64,000 bases of DNA, taken from Candidatus Micrarchaeota archaeon. GTDB lineage: Archaea > Micrarchaeota > Micrarchaeia > Anstonellales > Bilamarchaeaceae. The number at the start of each line of letters is the position of its first letter. Within the stretch, counting starts at the first letter, position 1. Positions 8,959-18,900 of the stretch are shown in pieces. The stretch is from positions 215,166 through 279,165 of the forward strand of contig JBBSVO010000006.1 in the NCBI GenBank assembly GCA_038046805.1. The letters are read 5' to 3'. The notes beneath the pieces were generated by a model. It was not told the DNA's origin. It did not search any database and saw only the letters and a list, made by a program, of their open reading frames with translations. A program made the translations under genes and the position numbers.

Positions 8959-9861
8959 ATGGAACAAAAAATCAGTTTCTTTGACGCGATTGAAACGAAC
9001 AAGCGCAACTCCCTTATTCTTCTTGTGTTTTCATTTGCCCTGTTGATGGCTGTGGGATGGGCATTCTCAGAAATATTAGGCCTTGGCGGGCTGGGCTTTG
9101 TAATCTCGCTGGTTGCAGTGCTCATCTATATGGGAGTTGCCTATTTTCACGGAGCAAATTTCGTTTTGTCCATGAGTGGTGCAAGGCCACTTGAGCGCAA
9201 CGAGTATCCTTTTGTTTATCATACTGTGGATGGACTTGCTGCTGCGGCAGGTATTCCTGCGCCGAAAGTTTATATCATCGATGATCAGGCAATGAATGCA
9301 TTTGCAACCGGTAAAGACCCGAAAAATTCCTATGTCGTGGTTACAACAGGTCTTGTCAAGAACCTTAAACGGGAAGAGCTTGAAGGCGTAATCGCGCATG
9401 AAATCTCTCACATTGCAAACTATGACATCAGATTCATGCTGTATGCGGTTGTTATGGTCGGAGCAATTGCGCTTCTTTCCCAGGTAGCGAGCAGGGCGCT
9501 TTGGTTTGGGGGTGGGCGCGGCGGTTCTGGCAAGCGTGGCGGGGGAAATGCAGTAGGGTTAATCATTGCACTGGTTCTAATCATTCTCGCACCAATCTTC
9601 GCCGAGTTAATCCGATTTGCGATTTCAAGACAGCGGGAGCATCTTGCCGATGCCAATGCAGCAAAACTCACGCGTTATCCTGCAGGGCTGATAGGTGCTC
9701 TAAAAAGAATAAGCGGAACTCCTGAAGCTGCAAAGGTAGCGACTGCAAATGATGCAACTGCGCCTCTTTACATCGTTTCTCCGTTTTCTGGAAAAATAGG
9801 GCATTTATTCTCCACACATCCACCAGTTGAGGAAAGGATAAAACGACTTGCTGCAATGTAG
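8959..9861 (+). CDS. htpX: Zinc metalloprotease HtpX (M48)
   Basis: NAFATG, HEISH, SRQRE..AD, FSTHPP..ERI. Confidence 0.93.
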   Translation: MEQKISFFDAIETNKRNSLILLVFSFALLMAVGWAFSEILGLGGLGFVISLVAVLIYMGVAYFHGANFVLSMSGARPLERNEYPFVYHTVDGLAAAAGIPAPKVYIIDDQAMNAFATGKDPKNSYVVVTTGLVKNLKREELEGVIAHEISHIANYDIRFMLYAVVMVGAIALLSQVASRALWFGGGRGGSGKRGGGNAVGLIIALVLIILAPIFAELIRFAISRQREHLADANAAKLTRYPAGLIGALKRISGTPEAAKVATANDATAPLYIVSPFSGKIGHLFSTHPPVEERIKRLAAM

Positions 9862-9965
9862 AACTGTCAAGGTTGGTTCTTTATCAACGTCTAACTGCCA
9901 AATGCCAACCTTTAAATATGTGTTCTGCAAACATCTGTTTGTTTCTAATTTAGAGGTGAAACTAT

Positions 9966-10673
9966 ATGTACGGAGTATCCCCACAGGCTTATGATAGGGC
10001 AATTACTGTTTTCAGTCCAGATGGAAGGCTGTTTCAGGTTGAATATGCAAAAGAGGCAGTGAAACGCGGTGCAACTGCAATTGGCATTGTTGCAAAGGAC
10101 GGAGTTGTTCTTGTTGCGTATAAAGCAACTCACTCCAAACTCGCGCTTGCGGATTCCCTTCGCAAGGTGTTTGATATCGATTCTCATATTTCAGTTACTG
10201 CAAGCGGACTTATTGCAGATGCAAGAAGGCTTGTTGATATGGCGCGCGTTGATGCGCAGAGGCACCGGATTACCTACAATGAACCTGCGAATGTAGAATC
10301 AATCTCCAAAAGCATCTGCGATCTTATGCAGGTTTATACCCAATATGGCGGTATCAGACCGTTTGGCGTTTCTCTTCTTATTGCCGGTGTTGATAGCAAA
10401 CCGCGTCTTTTCGAGGCAGAGCCAAGTGGTGCAATGACTGGCTATCTTGCAGATTCCGTCGGAAGCGGAAAAAAAGAAGTTGACGAATATCTGGAGAAAA
10501 ACTACAAGGAAAGCATCACAGTTGAAGATGCAATCGAGTTGGGAATAAGCGCATTGAAGAAAGCAGTTGATGCGAAGCTATCACCGGAAAACGTGGATAT
10601 TTCCTATATTGAAGTCAAGACAAAGAAATCCGTTGCTGTTTCGGACAAGGATGTGGCGAAGTATTTGAAATAG
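9966..10673 (+). CDS. psmA: Proteasome subunit alpha
   Basis: YDRAITVFSPDGRLFQVEYA signature; RPFGVSLL. Confidence 0.97.
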   Translation: MYGVSPQAYDRAITVFSPDGRLFQVEYAKEAVKRGATAIGIVAKDGVVLVAYKATHSKLALADSLRKVFDIDSHISVTASGLIADARRLVDMARVDAQRHRITYNEPANVESISKSICDLMQVYTQYGGIRPFGVSLLIAGVDSKPRLFEAEPSGAMTGYLADSVGSGKKEVDEYLEKNYKESITVEDAIELGISALKKAVDAKLSPENVDISYIEVKTKKSVAVSDKDVAKYLK

Positions 10674-10726
10674 ACTGGGTTATACTCCCTACCACTTTAT
10701 AAATCCTTGCAAAGAAAATTCTATTT

Positions 10727-11599
10727 ATGAACTTGGCCAGTGCTTATGCTGTAAATAATCATCAGGACGCAGTTAGGTTTAGATCCAGCGTTCATTCTTA
10801 CAATCCAAAGAGTCGAATGTCCAGGGAACTGCGAAGAGCATTGGGGTTCGAGTCATGCCATCATTTGCAGGAACCTTTACGTATTTTGGATGCAATGTGC
10901 GGCCCGGGTAAAGTCGGTCAGCTAATAACTTCGGAAGCGCTGCTTCATGAGGTCCCCACAAATCTCTTTTTCAATGATGCCAGAGCCGCTGCGCTTGAAT
11001 TGGCCACCCCTGATTCGGAAAAAAGAATCCCTGGGAACGTGTGCTCGGTCAGAGATTTATATGCTGGTTTTTTTGATCTGTCGGTGGTTCGGTTCGGCCT
11101 TAAAGATATTCCAGACCTGGCCAAATTGCAGGCAGTGGAGTCATTGCATGCATCTTTGGTTCCGGGAGGGCGCCTGGTTGTTGCTGATTTGTATGCCCCA
11201 GCTTCTATTCGATCTGATGTTAATACTATCCACAGAACCAAGCAGCGTTTTAGCGGGAGAAATGAGTCTATAGAAGGAGAATTATTTATACCGACCAGGG
11301 GGCAATGGACCCAATTGTTGTTGCGCGCAGGTTTTGCTCGGGTTTCAACAGAATATTTTGGCCGTACGGTGGTAAAAATCTCTGATTGGATAGACCAATT
11401 CGGCACCGATCCGGTTGTGGCATTATCCAAAGTCCGGTTGATTGAGCAGATGATTATTGCTATGTCGGCATTAGACAAGAAATTCAATTCAGTAATGCGG
11501 ATAAAAACATCCGAACCACTCAATCCGGATGATGGAATATTGAGTTTTGAATCACCCATCGTAATTCTAGTGGCACACAAATCTCCAGGTGTCATTTAA
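10727..11599 (+). CDS. Class I SAM-dependent methyltransferase (divergent)
   Basis: ILDAMCGPG motif I; L.PGGRLVV. Confidence 0.7.
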   Translation: MNLASAYAVNNHQDAVRFRSSVHSYNPKSRMSRELRRALGFESCHHLQEPLRILDAMCGPGKVGQLITSEALLHEVPTNLFFNDARAAALELATPDSEKRIPGNVCSVRDLYAGFFDLSVVRFGLKDIPDLAKLQAVESLHASLVPGGRLVVADLYAPASIRSDVNTIHRTKQRFSGRNESIEGELFIPTRGQWTQLLLRAGFARVSTEYFGRTVVKISDWIDQFGTDPVVALSKVRLIEQMIIAMSALDKKFNSVMRIKTSEPLNPDDGILSFESPIVILVAHKSPGVI

Positions 11600-12302
11600 C
11601 TATAGTCCCATTTATTCTTTTTCCTTCAATCGCATTTTTTATTTCTTTGAGACCTTCCGTTCCCTGCCCACCAACGAAAAACAGCTCTATTTTTGACCTT
11701 GCCGCAAGCTTGCATGCCAGCATGTCAAATACAAAATTCGTTCCGGCGGTTCTTTTATCCGAACTGTTTGCAAGCGCAATAAGCTCGTCGTACGTCATAC
11801 CGTCAAACTTCATTGCATTTGGATTAGTTTTCGGATTTGAATCATAAATAGCATCCACGTTGCTTATGTTTACAAGTCGTTTTGCTCCGAGTTTTTCCGC
11901 AAGAAGAACGGAATCTGTATCTGTTGTTATTCCGGGAATCGTCCCGCCCATTACTACAACGGCATACTTCTGTGCAGCCTTTCCGGCTTCAGTAAAATCC
12001 TTCGCGACTTTCGGATAAACTTTAATTTTTTTTCGTTTTTCCGCGCGAAGCGCACCAACCAGTAGTTTTGCGTTCTTCCATGTTTCCTTTATCGCTTCCT
12101 CGTCTGCCTCAAACTCGCTTCCTCCGCGAGTGCGTACGGCATTTGCCTTCTGCCTTGCGGTCCACCCCCCACCAGTAACAATTCCAAACTTCCCGCCATT
12201 ATCCCCAAGAATACTGGAAATTCTCTTCAAAAACCCATCATCAATTCCGTTTTCCTTATTTATGAGACTTCCGCCAACAGAAAGAACTGTAATCACAACC
12301 AT
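11592..12302 (-). CDS. pyrH: UMP kinase
   Basis: SVGGS, VTGGG..AR, PG.TTD, NVDAIYD.NP. Confidence 0.93.
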   Translation of the reverse strand: MVVITVLSVGGSLINKENGIDDGFLKRISSILGDNGGKFGIVTGGGWTARQKANAVRTRGGSEFEADEEAIKETWKNAKLLVGALRAEKRKKIKVYPKVAKDFTEAGKAAQKYAVVVMGGTIPGITTDTDSVLLAEKLGAKRLVNISNVDAIYDSNPKTNPNAMKFDGMTYDELIALANSSDKRTAGTNFVFDMLACKLAARSKIELFFVGGQGTEGLKEIKNAIEGKRINGTIVK

Positions 12303-12354
12303 GCACCTCGTTCCGATACAATTAAAACCTCAAAACTTAAAAACTAAAGTATAG

Positions 12355-12915
12355 GTGATTTGTTTGAGTTTGGATTTGGGTATTTCGGAAATAGAATCCT
12401 CATTAATGAAAAAAGAGGAAAAACTGGATAAGGTCATGATTAAAAGCAGGGAAATAGTTCGGCTCTGTTCAAATGCAATCAAGGCAATACATTCAAAGGA
12501 ATTTGACGCGGCAAAAAAACTTCTAAAAGAAGCCGATTCCGAGGTTTCTGCAATAAAAAAATTCGAAGACGAGTTCCCTGGTCATGTTAATCATATAATG
12601 CAGGAATATGTCGAGGCAAGGATTGTATTTTCCGCAGTAGAAGATGGGAAAATCCCCTCATTCAAGGACCTTGATGCGCCAATGGAGGCATATCTCACCG
12701 GGCTTCTTGATGCAACCGGAGAACTAAAGCGCGAGATGTACGAATCACTAAGACGAAAGGACAGAAAAGGCGCGGAATCCTATTTTAAGATGATGGAGGA
12801 CATTTACGACGCGCTTCTTCCACTCCGCTTCTCAAATGCGGTCCTGCCTGAATTCAGGAGAAAGCAGGATGTGGCGAGGATACAGTTGGAACAGGCTAGG
12901 GGAGAATTATTGTAG
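12355..12915 (+). CDS. Translin/TRAX-like (C3PO) protein
   Basis: QEYVEA, YLTGLLDATGELKR, RRKQD.AR motifs. Confidence 0.85.
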   Translation: MICLSLDLGISEIESSLMKKEEKLDKVMIKSREIVRLCSNAIKAIHSKEFDAAKKLLKEADSEVSAIKKFEDEFPGHVNHIMQEYVEARIVFSAVEDGKIPSFKDLDAPMEAYLTGLLDATGELKREMYESLRRKDRKGAESYFKMMEDIYDALLPLRFSNAVLPEFRRKQDVARIQLEQARGELL

Positions 12916-12936
12916 ATTAATCCAAGCCAAGAAGGG

Positions 12937-13383
12937 CTATTCGTTCCTCATTCCGCCACCGGTAGTTATTCGCGGCAGTTCCTTTTGTTTTGCCATCTGT
13001 TCTTCCTTATATTCTTTCATTTCCGCATGTGCGAGATTCTTTCCATGAGAAAGCGCAAGATTTGCGAAAATCTTTGCAGTAGAATCAGTGAACGTTTCCC
13101 GATGGAGTTTTGGAAGGTCAAGTTCGTCAAGTCCCTTTTTTATTTTTCCAGCTCCCAATCCAGTTATTTCCAGCCTATGTTCGTCTATCATTTCTTTTAC
13201 TCTTGCTATAAAATTCACTTTTGAGTCTGCGCTCATTCCCTCCCCCATGCGTTCGTTACGCAAGGCTTCTGATCCAAATGTCTTAAGCATCTCTCTTTCG
13301 TCATTATGAAGATTAGCACTGAGTGCATCCCAAAGCTTTTTTGCCTGCTCAAAATTTTCATTCCCCATTTTCTCACCACTCAT
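12937..13383 (-). CDS. Hypothetical protein
   Basis: 148-aa ORF filling the gap, charged helical composition. Confidence 0.5.
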   Translation of the reverse strand: MSGEKMGNENFEQAKKLWDALSANLHNDEREMLKTFGSEALRNERMGEGMSADSKVNFIARVKEMIDEHRLEITGLGAGKIKKGLDELDLPKLHRETFTDSTAKIFANLALSHGKNLAHAEMKEYKEEQMAKQKELPRITTGGGMRNE

Positions 13384-13418
13384 TCTTTACCAGAACCAAT
13401 TTTAATCCTATCCCCGAA

Positions 13419-15245
13419 ATGACAGATGATACTATGCTCCTTTTTTCAGATGTTGCTAAAGTTTTCTCGGAAATCGAATCCCGCTCGGGAAGACTGGAAA
13501 TGACGGATATTCTCGCGGAATTGTTCAAGCGTGCGGACAAGTCCGAAGTTGGCCGTCTTGTTTATTTAATCCAGGGAATTCTCGCACCACCATATGAAGG
13601 AATAGATCTTGGGCTCGGTGAACAGTTTGCGATAAGGGCAATTGCCGCCTCAGCGGGCTATTCCCGCGAACAGGTTGAAGCCAACTACAAAAAATCCGGG
13701 GATCTGGGTCTAACTGCCGAAGAACTTCTAAAAAAGAAAAGACAACAGGCACTTTCATCAACCGAGATGGATGTCGTATACGTTCATACGGCATTCGTGA
13801 AAATGGCAAAAACCGGAGGAACCGGTTCACAGGAATTAAAGATAAAATATCTTACTGAACTTTTGAATAATTCAGAACCGCTCGGCGGGCGGTTTATTGT
13901 TAGATTTGTAATCGGGCAGCTAAGGTTGGGCGTAGGGGATCCAACAATCCTGGACTCGCTTTCTGTTTCTCGCACTGGGGATAAATCTCTTCGCGAGGAA
14001 TTGGAGCGTGCTTATGGTGTTTGCGCTGACATGGGTTATGTTGCAACCGTTTTCTTTGAAAATCCAGATAAAATAAGAAAATTCTCTGTTCAGCCTTTCA
14101 AGCCGTTGATGCCTGCGCTTGCTGAGCGTCTTTCCACTCCTGAAGAAATCATTGAAAAAATTCCAATTTGTTCGGTTGAGATGAAATTTGATGGGTTCAG
14201 ACTTCAGGTGCACAAAAAAGGCAGTGGTGTGGAGTTCTACTCCAGAAAATTGGAAAAAATGACCCCCATGTTTCCGGAACTGGTTTCCGCGGTGCAATCC
14301 CTAAAATGTGATTCAATAATATTTGAAGGGGAGGCGTTGGCATATGAGGAGACCGGAACTGGAAAATCATTAAAAAAGAACTATCTTTCTTTTCAGGAAA
14401 CGATCCAGCGAAAGCGAAAGCACGGTATTTCAGATGCAGCAAAAGCATTCCCGCTTAATTTGTTTTCTTTTGACATACTTTATCTTGACGGAAAGGACCT
14501 TACAACAGAACCATATGAAAAACGCAGGAAAATTCTTGAAAAAATATTTCCGAGCGGAAAAAATTTGAAACTAAGCGAAAGAAAAATCATCAAATCAACA
14601 AGCGCATTGGAAAAATTATTCCGTGAATCGATGGATTCCGGGCTTGAAGGAATAATGGCAAAGGATCCAAATGCCCAATACGCCGCCGGAAAGCGCAAAT
14701 TCGCCTGGATAAAGCTGAAAAAATCCTATGGTAAGGCTGTGGATACAATTGACGTGGTTATTGTTGGTTACTATCTTGGAAAAGGTGCTCGTGTGGAGTT
14801 TGAATTCGGCGGTCTTCTCGCAGCCGTGCAGAATACCGAAAGCGGAAAGCTCGAAACCGTGGCTAAAATAGGAGGTGGTTTCTCAGAAGACGAACTGCGC
14901 CAGTTTAAGGAAATGCTTGAAAAAATCCAGACAAAATCCCCACCAAAAGATTTGGAATTCAACGATGCACAGAAGCCGGATTACTGGGTTGTTCCAAAGC
15001 ATGTGGCCGAAGTTGCGTTTGATGAAATTACGCAATCGCCTACGCATACGTGCGGAATGAAAACTAGTAAAGAAGGGGGTGCAAAAGGACCTTCAACTTC
15101 GCAGAAGTTGGAGGGGCAGAGAACGAAGTTCTCTGGATATGCACTGAGATTCCCGCGTCTGCTCGTTCTCAGAGAGGATAAAAGCGTGAAGGAAATAACC
15201 ACGAGCGAAGAAGTTGAGTCGCTTTATTACAAGCAGAGAAAATGA
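13419..15245 (+). CDS. lig: ATP-dependent DNA ligase
   Basis: EMKFDGFR (motif I), EGE, EGIMAK, WIKLK, ALRFPR. Confidence 0.96.
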   Translation: MTDDTMLLFSDVAKVFSEIESRSGRLEMTDILAELFKRADKSEVGRLVYLIQGILAPPYEGIDLGLGEQFAIRAIAASAGYSREQVEANYKKSGDLGLTAEELLKKKRQQALSSTEMDVVYVHTAFVKMAKTGGTGSQELKIKYLTELLNNSEPLGGRFIVRFVIGQLRLGVGDPTILDSLSVSRTGDKSLREELERAYGVCADMGYVATVFFENPDKIRKFSVQPFKPLMPALAERLSTPEEIIEKIPICSVEMKFDGFRLQVHKKGSGVEFYSRKLEKMTPMFPELVSAVQSLKCDSIIFEGEALAYEETGTGKSLKKNYLSFQETIQRKRKHGISDAAKAFPLNLFSFDILYLDGKDLTTEPYEKRRKILEKIFPSGKNLKLSERKIIKSTSALEKLFRESMDSGLEGIMAKDPNAQYAAGKRKFAWIKLKKSYGKAVDTIDVVIVGYYLGKGARVEFEFGGLLAAVQNTESGKLETVAKIGGGFSEDELRQFKEMLEKIQTKSPPKDLEFNDAQKPDYWVVPKHVAEVAFDEITQSPTHTCGMKTSKEGGAKGPSTSQKLEGQRTKFSGYALRFPRLLVLREDKSVKEITTSEEVESLYYKQRK

Positions 15246-15258
15246 GAAATACGGATAT

Positions 15259-15357
15259 TCAATCAGTTTTCTTCAGGGCTTTCGTGCGGCTCTCCAAATA
15301 TAAAGAAATCACATTAACCATAATCAATGCAATTGAAATCGCCGTAACCCCGTTCAT
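15259..15357 (-). CDS. Possible small membrane peptide (32 aa)
   Basis: MNGVTAISIALIMVNVISLYLESRTKALKKTD; single hydrophobic helix. Confidence 0.3.
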   Translation of the reverse strand: MNGVTAISIALIMVNVISLYLESRTKALKKTD

Positions 15358-15384
15358 ACGAAAAACTTCGTTGGTTTGATATAT

Positions 15385-15756
15385 TTACACTAATTTCAAC
15401 CCTTTCACAAACTCAAAATCCTTTCTATTTTTTGTGAAAAGGAATGCGTTGTTTTCAATACACGTTGCCGCAGTAATGACATTATCCACTGAAAATTCCT
15501 TCCCTCGGTCTCTTGCCTCGTCTATTATTCTCGCAGCAGTCTCTGCGGTTTTTCTTCCAAAATCAAGAATGCTTATGTTATTTATGAAAGCAGAAAGAGC
15601 CTCCCCGTTTTTTACTCCAACCATAATCTGAAAAAGCGAATTTGAGGTCATACATATCTCTTCCCTGTCTGCGTAATACTGTATTTTTTTAACGATTGTT
15701 TTGTCCCCGCGCAGGAAATCAACAATAACGTCCGTATCAAGGCAGATTTTTTCCAT
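15385..15756 (-). CDS. vapC: VapC/PIN-domain toxin
   Basis: LDTDVIVDFLRG; D..I.AT; T.N.KDF. Confidence 0.88.
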   Translation of the reverse strand: MEKICLDTDVIVDFLRGDKTIVKKIQYYADREEICMTSNSLFQIMVGVKNGEALSAFINNISILDFGRKTAETAARIIDEARDRGKEFSVDNVITAATCIENNAFLFTKNRKDFEFVKGLKLV

Positions 15757-15798
15757 ATGCTCAACTATTTCCTTTAGATTTTATTTCCTTTAGATTTG

Positions 15799-16002
15799 CT
15801 ATTTGTTCCTCTTCATCCTTTCAATTACGCGCGTATCAATATCCAATTCGCTTATGCTGCCTGCAAATACCAATATGTTCCGTTTTTCTTCTCTTTCTTT
15901 AACCAGATATCTAAGCACTTCGCTAAAGCTCATTCCCTTTGCTCGTTTGATTCGGTATAATTCCGCGTACACATCGTCCATTATCGTGATAACTCTGACC
16001 AT
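15799..16002 (-). CDS. vapB: VapB-type antitoxin (DUF217-like)
   Basis: ITIMDDVY.EL...K....SFSEV..L; directly upstream of PIN gene. Confidence 0.85.
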   Translation of the reverse strand: MVRVITIMDDVYAELYRIKRAKGMSFSEVLRYLVKEREEKRNILVFAGSISELDIDTRVIERMKRNK

Positions 16003-16010
16003 ATTTCTCA

Positions 16011-16036
16011 GTAAATGTATTTACTAAATGTATTTA
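16011..16036. promoter_or_regulatory. Tandem palindromic operator of vapBC
   Basis: GTAAATgtATTTAC followed by TAAATgtATTTA immediately upstream of the vapB start. Confidence 0.5.
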
Positions 16037-16225
16037 AAAGTTTACCTCTTAGACCTTGTTTCTGTGAAGTATGCTTAACAAGCATGGTTTAACTTCATCG
16101 TCGTAAAGATGCATGTTTTTAAATAACTCTTTTTACGAGATAGATACCAGACTTTCACTCCCGTAAGGCGCACATGTGTCTACAGGAGGTAAAAATGCTG
16201 GCGACCAGAAAAAAGGTGTATAACT

Positions 16226-17296
16226 ATGGAAGACTTGGTAAAATCCGTTATGGGCGAAACTGTAGCTCCCTCTACGAGCGATGATGGAAGCTCCGAAACA
16301 ATTAGAATTGTTACAATCGGAGTTGGTGGTGCTGGAAACAATACTGTAAACAGACTCATAAAATCAGGAGTAAAAGGTACAGAGCTTGTTGCAGTAAACA
16401 CAGACAAGCAGCACTTGAATATTGTCCATGAAAGGGCAAGAAAGGTTTTGATCGGCCGATCAGTTACAAAAGGACTTGGTGCAGGTGGTTATCCGGAAGT
16501 CGGTGAAAAATCTGCAGAAGTTGACAGGCCATTGCTTGAAAAAGAGCTTGAAGGTGCTCACCTTGCATTTGTTTGCGCAGGTATGGGTGGTGGTACTGGT
16601 GGTGGTGCTGCCCCAGTTGTTGCACAGGTTGCAAAAGAGCAAGGCGCAATTGTAGTTGCTATGGTTACCTACCCATTTGCTCTCGAAAGAGCAAGAAAAA
16701 AGAAAGCAGAAGAGGGTATCCAGAAATTGAAGAAATTCTGCGACTCGGTAATTATTCTCGACAACAACAGATTGGTTCAGATGTTCCCGAACCTGCCAAT
16801 GACAGAAGCATTTGCAGTTGCAGATGAAATCCTTGCAAGGGCAATCAGCGGTCTTGTATGGACGATTACCCAACCATCTTTGATTAACATTGACTTTGCA
16901 GATGTTCGCTCAATTATGCAGGGCGGCGGAGTCGGATTTATTGCAGTTGGCGAAGGAAAAGGCACAGACAAGGTTCGCTCAGCATCCGAAGGTGTCATAA
17001 AGAACAGGTTGCTTGACGTTGACTTTGAAGGTGCAAAAGGTGCATTAATCCACATCTCTGGCGGTGCAGATCTTACACTTGGTGACGCAATAAAAGCCGG
17101 TGAAATGATCACAGAGAAAATGGATGCAGAGGCTAACGTAAAATGGGGCGCAAGAATAATGCAGAATTACGACGGTAAATTGGAAATTGTCGCAATAGTT
17201 ACCGGAGTAAAAGGAGCGAGCATTGTCGGCGGCTCAACTGACGAAGAGCCAGCATCTATGGGTGCATTCAGCTCTGACCTGGAAATTCTCGGATAA
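16226..17296 (+). CDS. ftsZ: Cell division protein FtsZ
   Basis: GVGGAGNN, GMGGGTG(G)G tubulin signature, INIDFADV. Confidence 0.97.
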   Translation: MEDLVKSVMGETVAPSTSDDGSSETIRIVTIGVGGAGNNTVNRLIKSGVKGTELVAVNTDKQHLNIVHERARKVLIGRSVTKGLGAGGYPEVGEKSAEVDRPLLEKELEGAHLAFVCAGMGGGTGGGAAPVVAQVAKEQGAIVVAMVTYPFALERARKKKAEEGIQKLKKFCDSVIILDNNRLVQMFPNLPMTEAFAVADEILARAISGLVWTITQPSLINIDFADVRSIMQGGGVGFIAVGEGKGTDKVRSASEGVIKNRLLDVDFEGAKGALIHISGGADLTLGDAIKAGEMITEKMDAEANVKWGARIMQNYDGKLEIVAIVTGVKGASIVGGSTDEEPASMGAFSSDLEILG

Positions 17297-17360
17297 ATTT
17301 TTATCCGGAATTTCTTTCTTCTTTTTTCTTATTATTTTCTCTCCTTTTCTTCGTTTTTAT
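17287..17360 (+). terminator. Hairpin plus T-rich tract after ftsZ
   Basis: cggataaa..tttatccg followed by long oligo-T runs. Confidence 0.5.
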
Positions 17361-17434
17361 TCCGCTTTTTTATGATGTTGTTTTTCCGCTTTGTTTAATC
17401 TCTTTAAAAATTCTTTTGCGCACATATTCTTGTT

Positions 17435-17806
17435 ATGAGCAGAGTTACGGTACCTCCATTTACCAAGGTAAGCCGGACTGGCAGTAAACAGACTCCCGAT
17501 GTTACGTCCGACCAGTCCGGAACCAAACCTCATTCATGTTGGGCAAAATTCTGGGGACTTTTTAATCGGGAGTTGTCGCAGTCCAATATCCGTTCATTGG
17601 TTTTGAGCGGAGACGCTGATGGTTTGGAAAGACTGATTGAAAAATATAGATGTGATTCCGGAGAGCTTGATACGATAAATACTACTTTATGGAATTTATT
17701 GAATCTAAAAGGTCGTATTCCTTCCCAGAATGAAAGAGCTATCATAAACAGGGCCAGAGATGTCATACGAAAAATTCAGGAACTGGGAACATATTCGAGC
17801 GGTTAA
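17435..17806 (+). CDS. Hypothetical protein
   Basis: 123-aa ORF after an AT-rich TATA-like region; no motif recognised. Confidence 0.45.
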   Translation: MSRVTVPPFTKVSRTGSKQTPDVTSDQSGTKPHSCWAKFWGLFNRELSQSNIRSLVLSGDADGLERLIEKYRCDSGELDTINTTLWNLLNLKGRIPSQNERAIINRARDVIRKIQELGTYSSG

Positions 17807-17844
17807 AATTTCAAATTACAAAACTGGGAACAAAGAAGATAAAT

Positions 17845-18022
17845 TGGGCCCGTTGTGATTTGAACACAAGACCTTTCGATTTCTATTGCATTTGTGCGAT
17901 ATCAGTCGAACGCTCCAACCGGATTGCTCGTCCCTTCGGACTTTTTCTGCCTCAGGACTTTTCCGCTGGAGCGCTTTTGTCCTTTGGCTTCTGAAGTCAA
18001 AAGGGCCCTGAGCTACGGGCCC
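17845..18022 (-). tRNA. tRNA-Ile(GAU) with a D-loop intron (~17924-18007) and a 19-nt anticodon-loop intron (17881-17899)
   Basis: Reverse complement GGGCCCG-TA-GCTC-AG[84]TCCGGTTG-GAGC-G-TTCGA-CT-GAT-A[19]A-TCGAA-AGGTC-TTGTG-TTCAAAT-CACAA-CGGGCCC-A. Confidence 0.88.
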
Positions 18023-18046
18023 GCCAATACTAACTGTTTAATTGCA

Positions 18047-18148
18047 TTACTTATTCTGCCTTGTAACAAAGTAAGTCGCAAGGAGCACGATTCCCACCAT
18101 CGAAAGGGAGAAAACTACTTCTTCTATCATGTGAATATTTGTATCCAT
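18047..18148 (-). CDS. Possible small membrane peptide (33 aa)
   Basis: MDTNIHMIEEVVFSLSMVGIVLLATYFVTRQNK. Confidence 0.35.
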   Translation of the reverse strand: MDTNIHMIEEVVFSLSMVGIVLLATYFVTRQNK

Positions 18149-18244
18149 TCCCTTTTTTAAAGTGTGTCCCGACACTTTCCACAATTTGCGAATAAACAAT
18201 AACTATATAAACTTATATACTATATAAATACATAGGTGATACGA

Positions 18245-18520
18245 ATGCAAAAATCAATTCAAGAAATAATACATTATCCAAGGCTTGATACGGTTATAAT
18301 GGTAGAAGAAGCTATCAAAAAAGCAAGGGAATACCCGACAAAAGCGGCGCTTCTAAGAAGTCTTAAGAAGAAAGTAATGTATCAAACTTTTCTTGTCATA
18401 CTGGGTTATTTGGAAGAATCAAATAAAATACATGTAGATAAACGGGATGGTCGGGTCGTGTGGATATGGAATCCCAAGGGCGTGGATGATATTCTCTCTT
18501 GCAATCTGGTGGCAAGATGA
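18245..18520 (+). CDS. Small winged-helix protein, probable antitoxin
   Basis: PRLDTVIMVE..I...YP....L.+.L.KKVMYQT; ATGA overlap with downstream toxin-like gene. Confidence 0.6.
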   Translation: MQKSIQEIIHYPRLDTVIMVEEAIKKAREYPTKAALLRSLKKKVMYQTFLVILGYLEESNKIHVDKRDGRVVWIWNPKGVDDILSCNLVAR

Positions 18521-18852
18521 TAAAAGAAAACATGGTCGGATTTGCAGACGAGAAAATAAAACGGGCATTTCTTGATCTTAATCAGGGAAAAGGTGCAGAG
18601 CAGCAATTATGCGAGTTTCTGAATCGCGCATTTGATGACCTTAAATTTAATCCGTTCTGCGGAATAAAAATCCCAAAAACGCTCTGGCCAAAGGAGTATG
18701 TTCGAAAATATTCAATTGATAATCTTTGGAAGTACGATCTTCCTGATGGCTGGAGATTGGTTTATACAATACGTGCCAATCAGGTAACTATTCTTACGGT
18801 GGTCCTAGAATGGTTTGATCATAAAGAGTACGAACGGAGATTCAACTACTAG
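18517..18852 (+). CDS. RelE/ParE-fold toxin-like protein
   Basis: NPFCG..IPK...PK.Y......NLWKYDLP.GWRLVYTI...HKEYERRF. Confidence 0.65.
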   Translation: MIKENMVGFADEKIKRAFLDLNQGKGAEQQLCEFLNRAFDDLKFNPFCGIKIPKTLWPKEYVRKYSIDNLWKYDLPDGWRLVYTIRANQVTILTVVLEWFDHKEYERRFNY

Positions 18853-18900
18853 AACCGCGTGAGCAAATGATTTTAATCGGTTGCCTACCAATTCTTTATC

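Noticed and set aside
15768..15798. Short tandem repeat tttcctttagattt x2 between vapC and vapB
   Set aside because: Two copies of an AT-rich 14-mer; likely local slippage with no further structure
17894..18160. ORF 17894..18160(+)
   Set aside because: Antisense to tRNA-Ile
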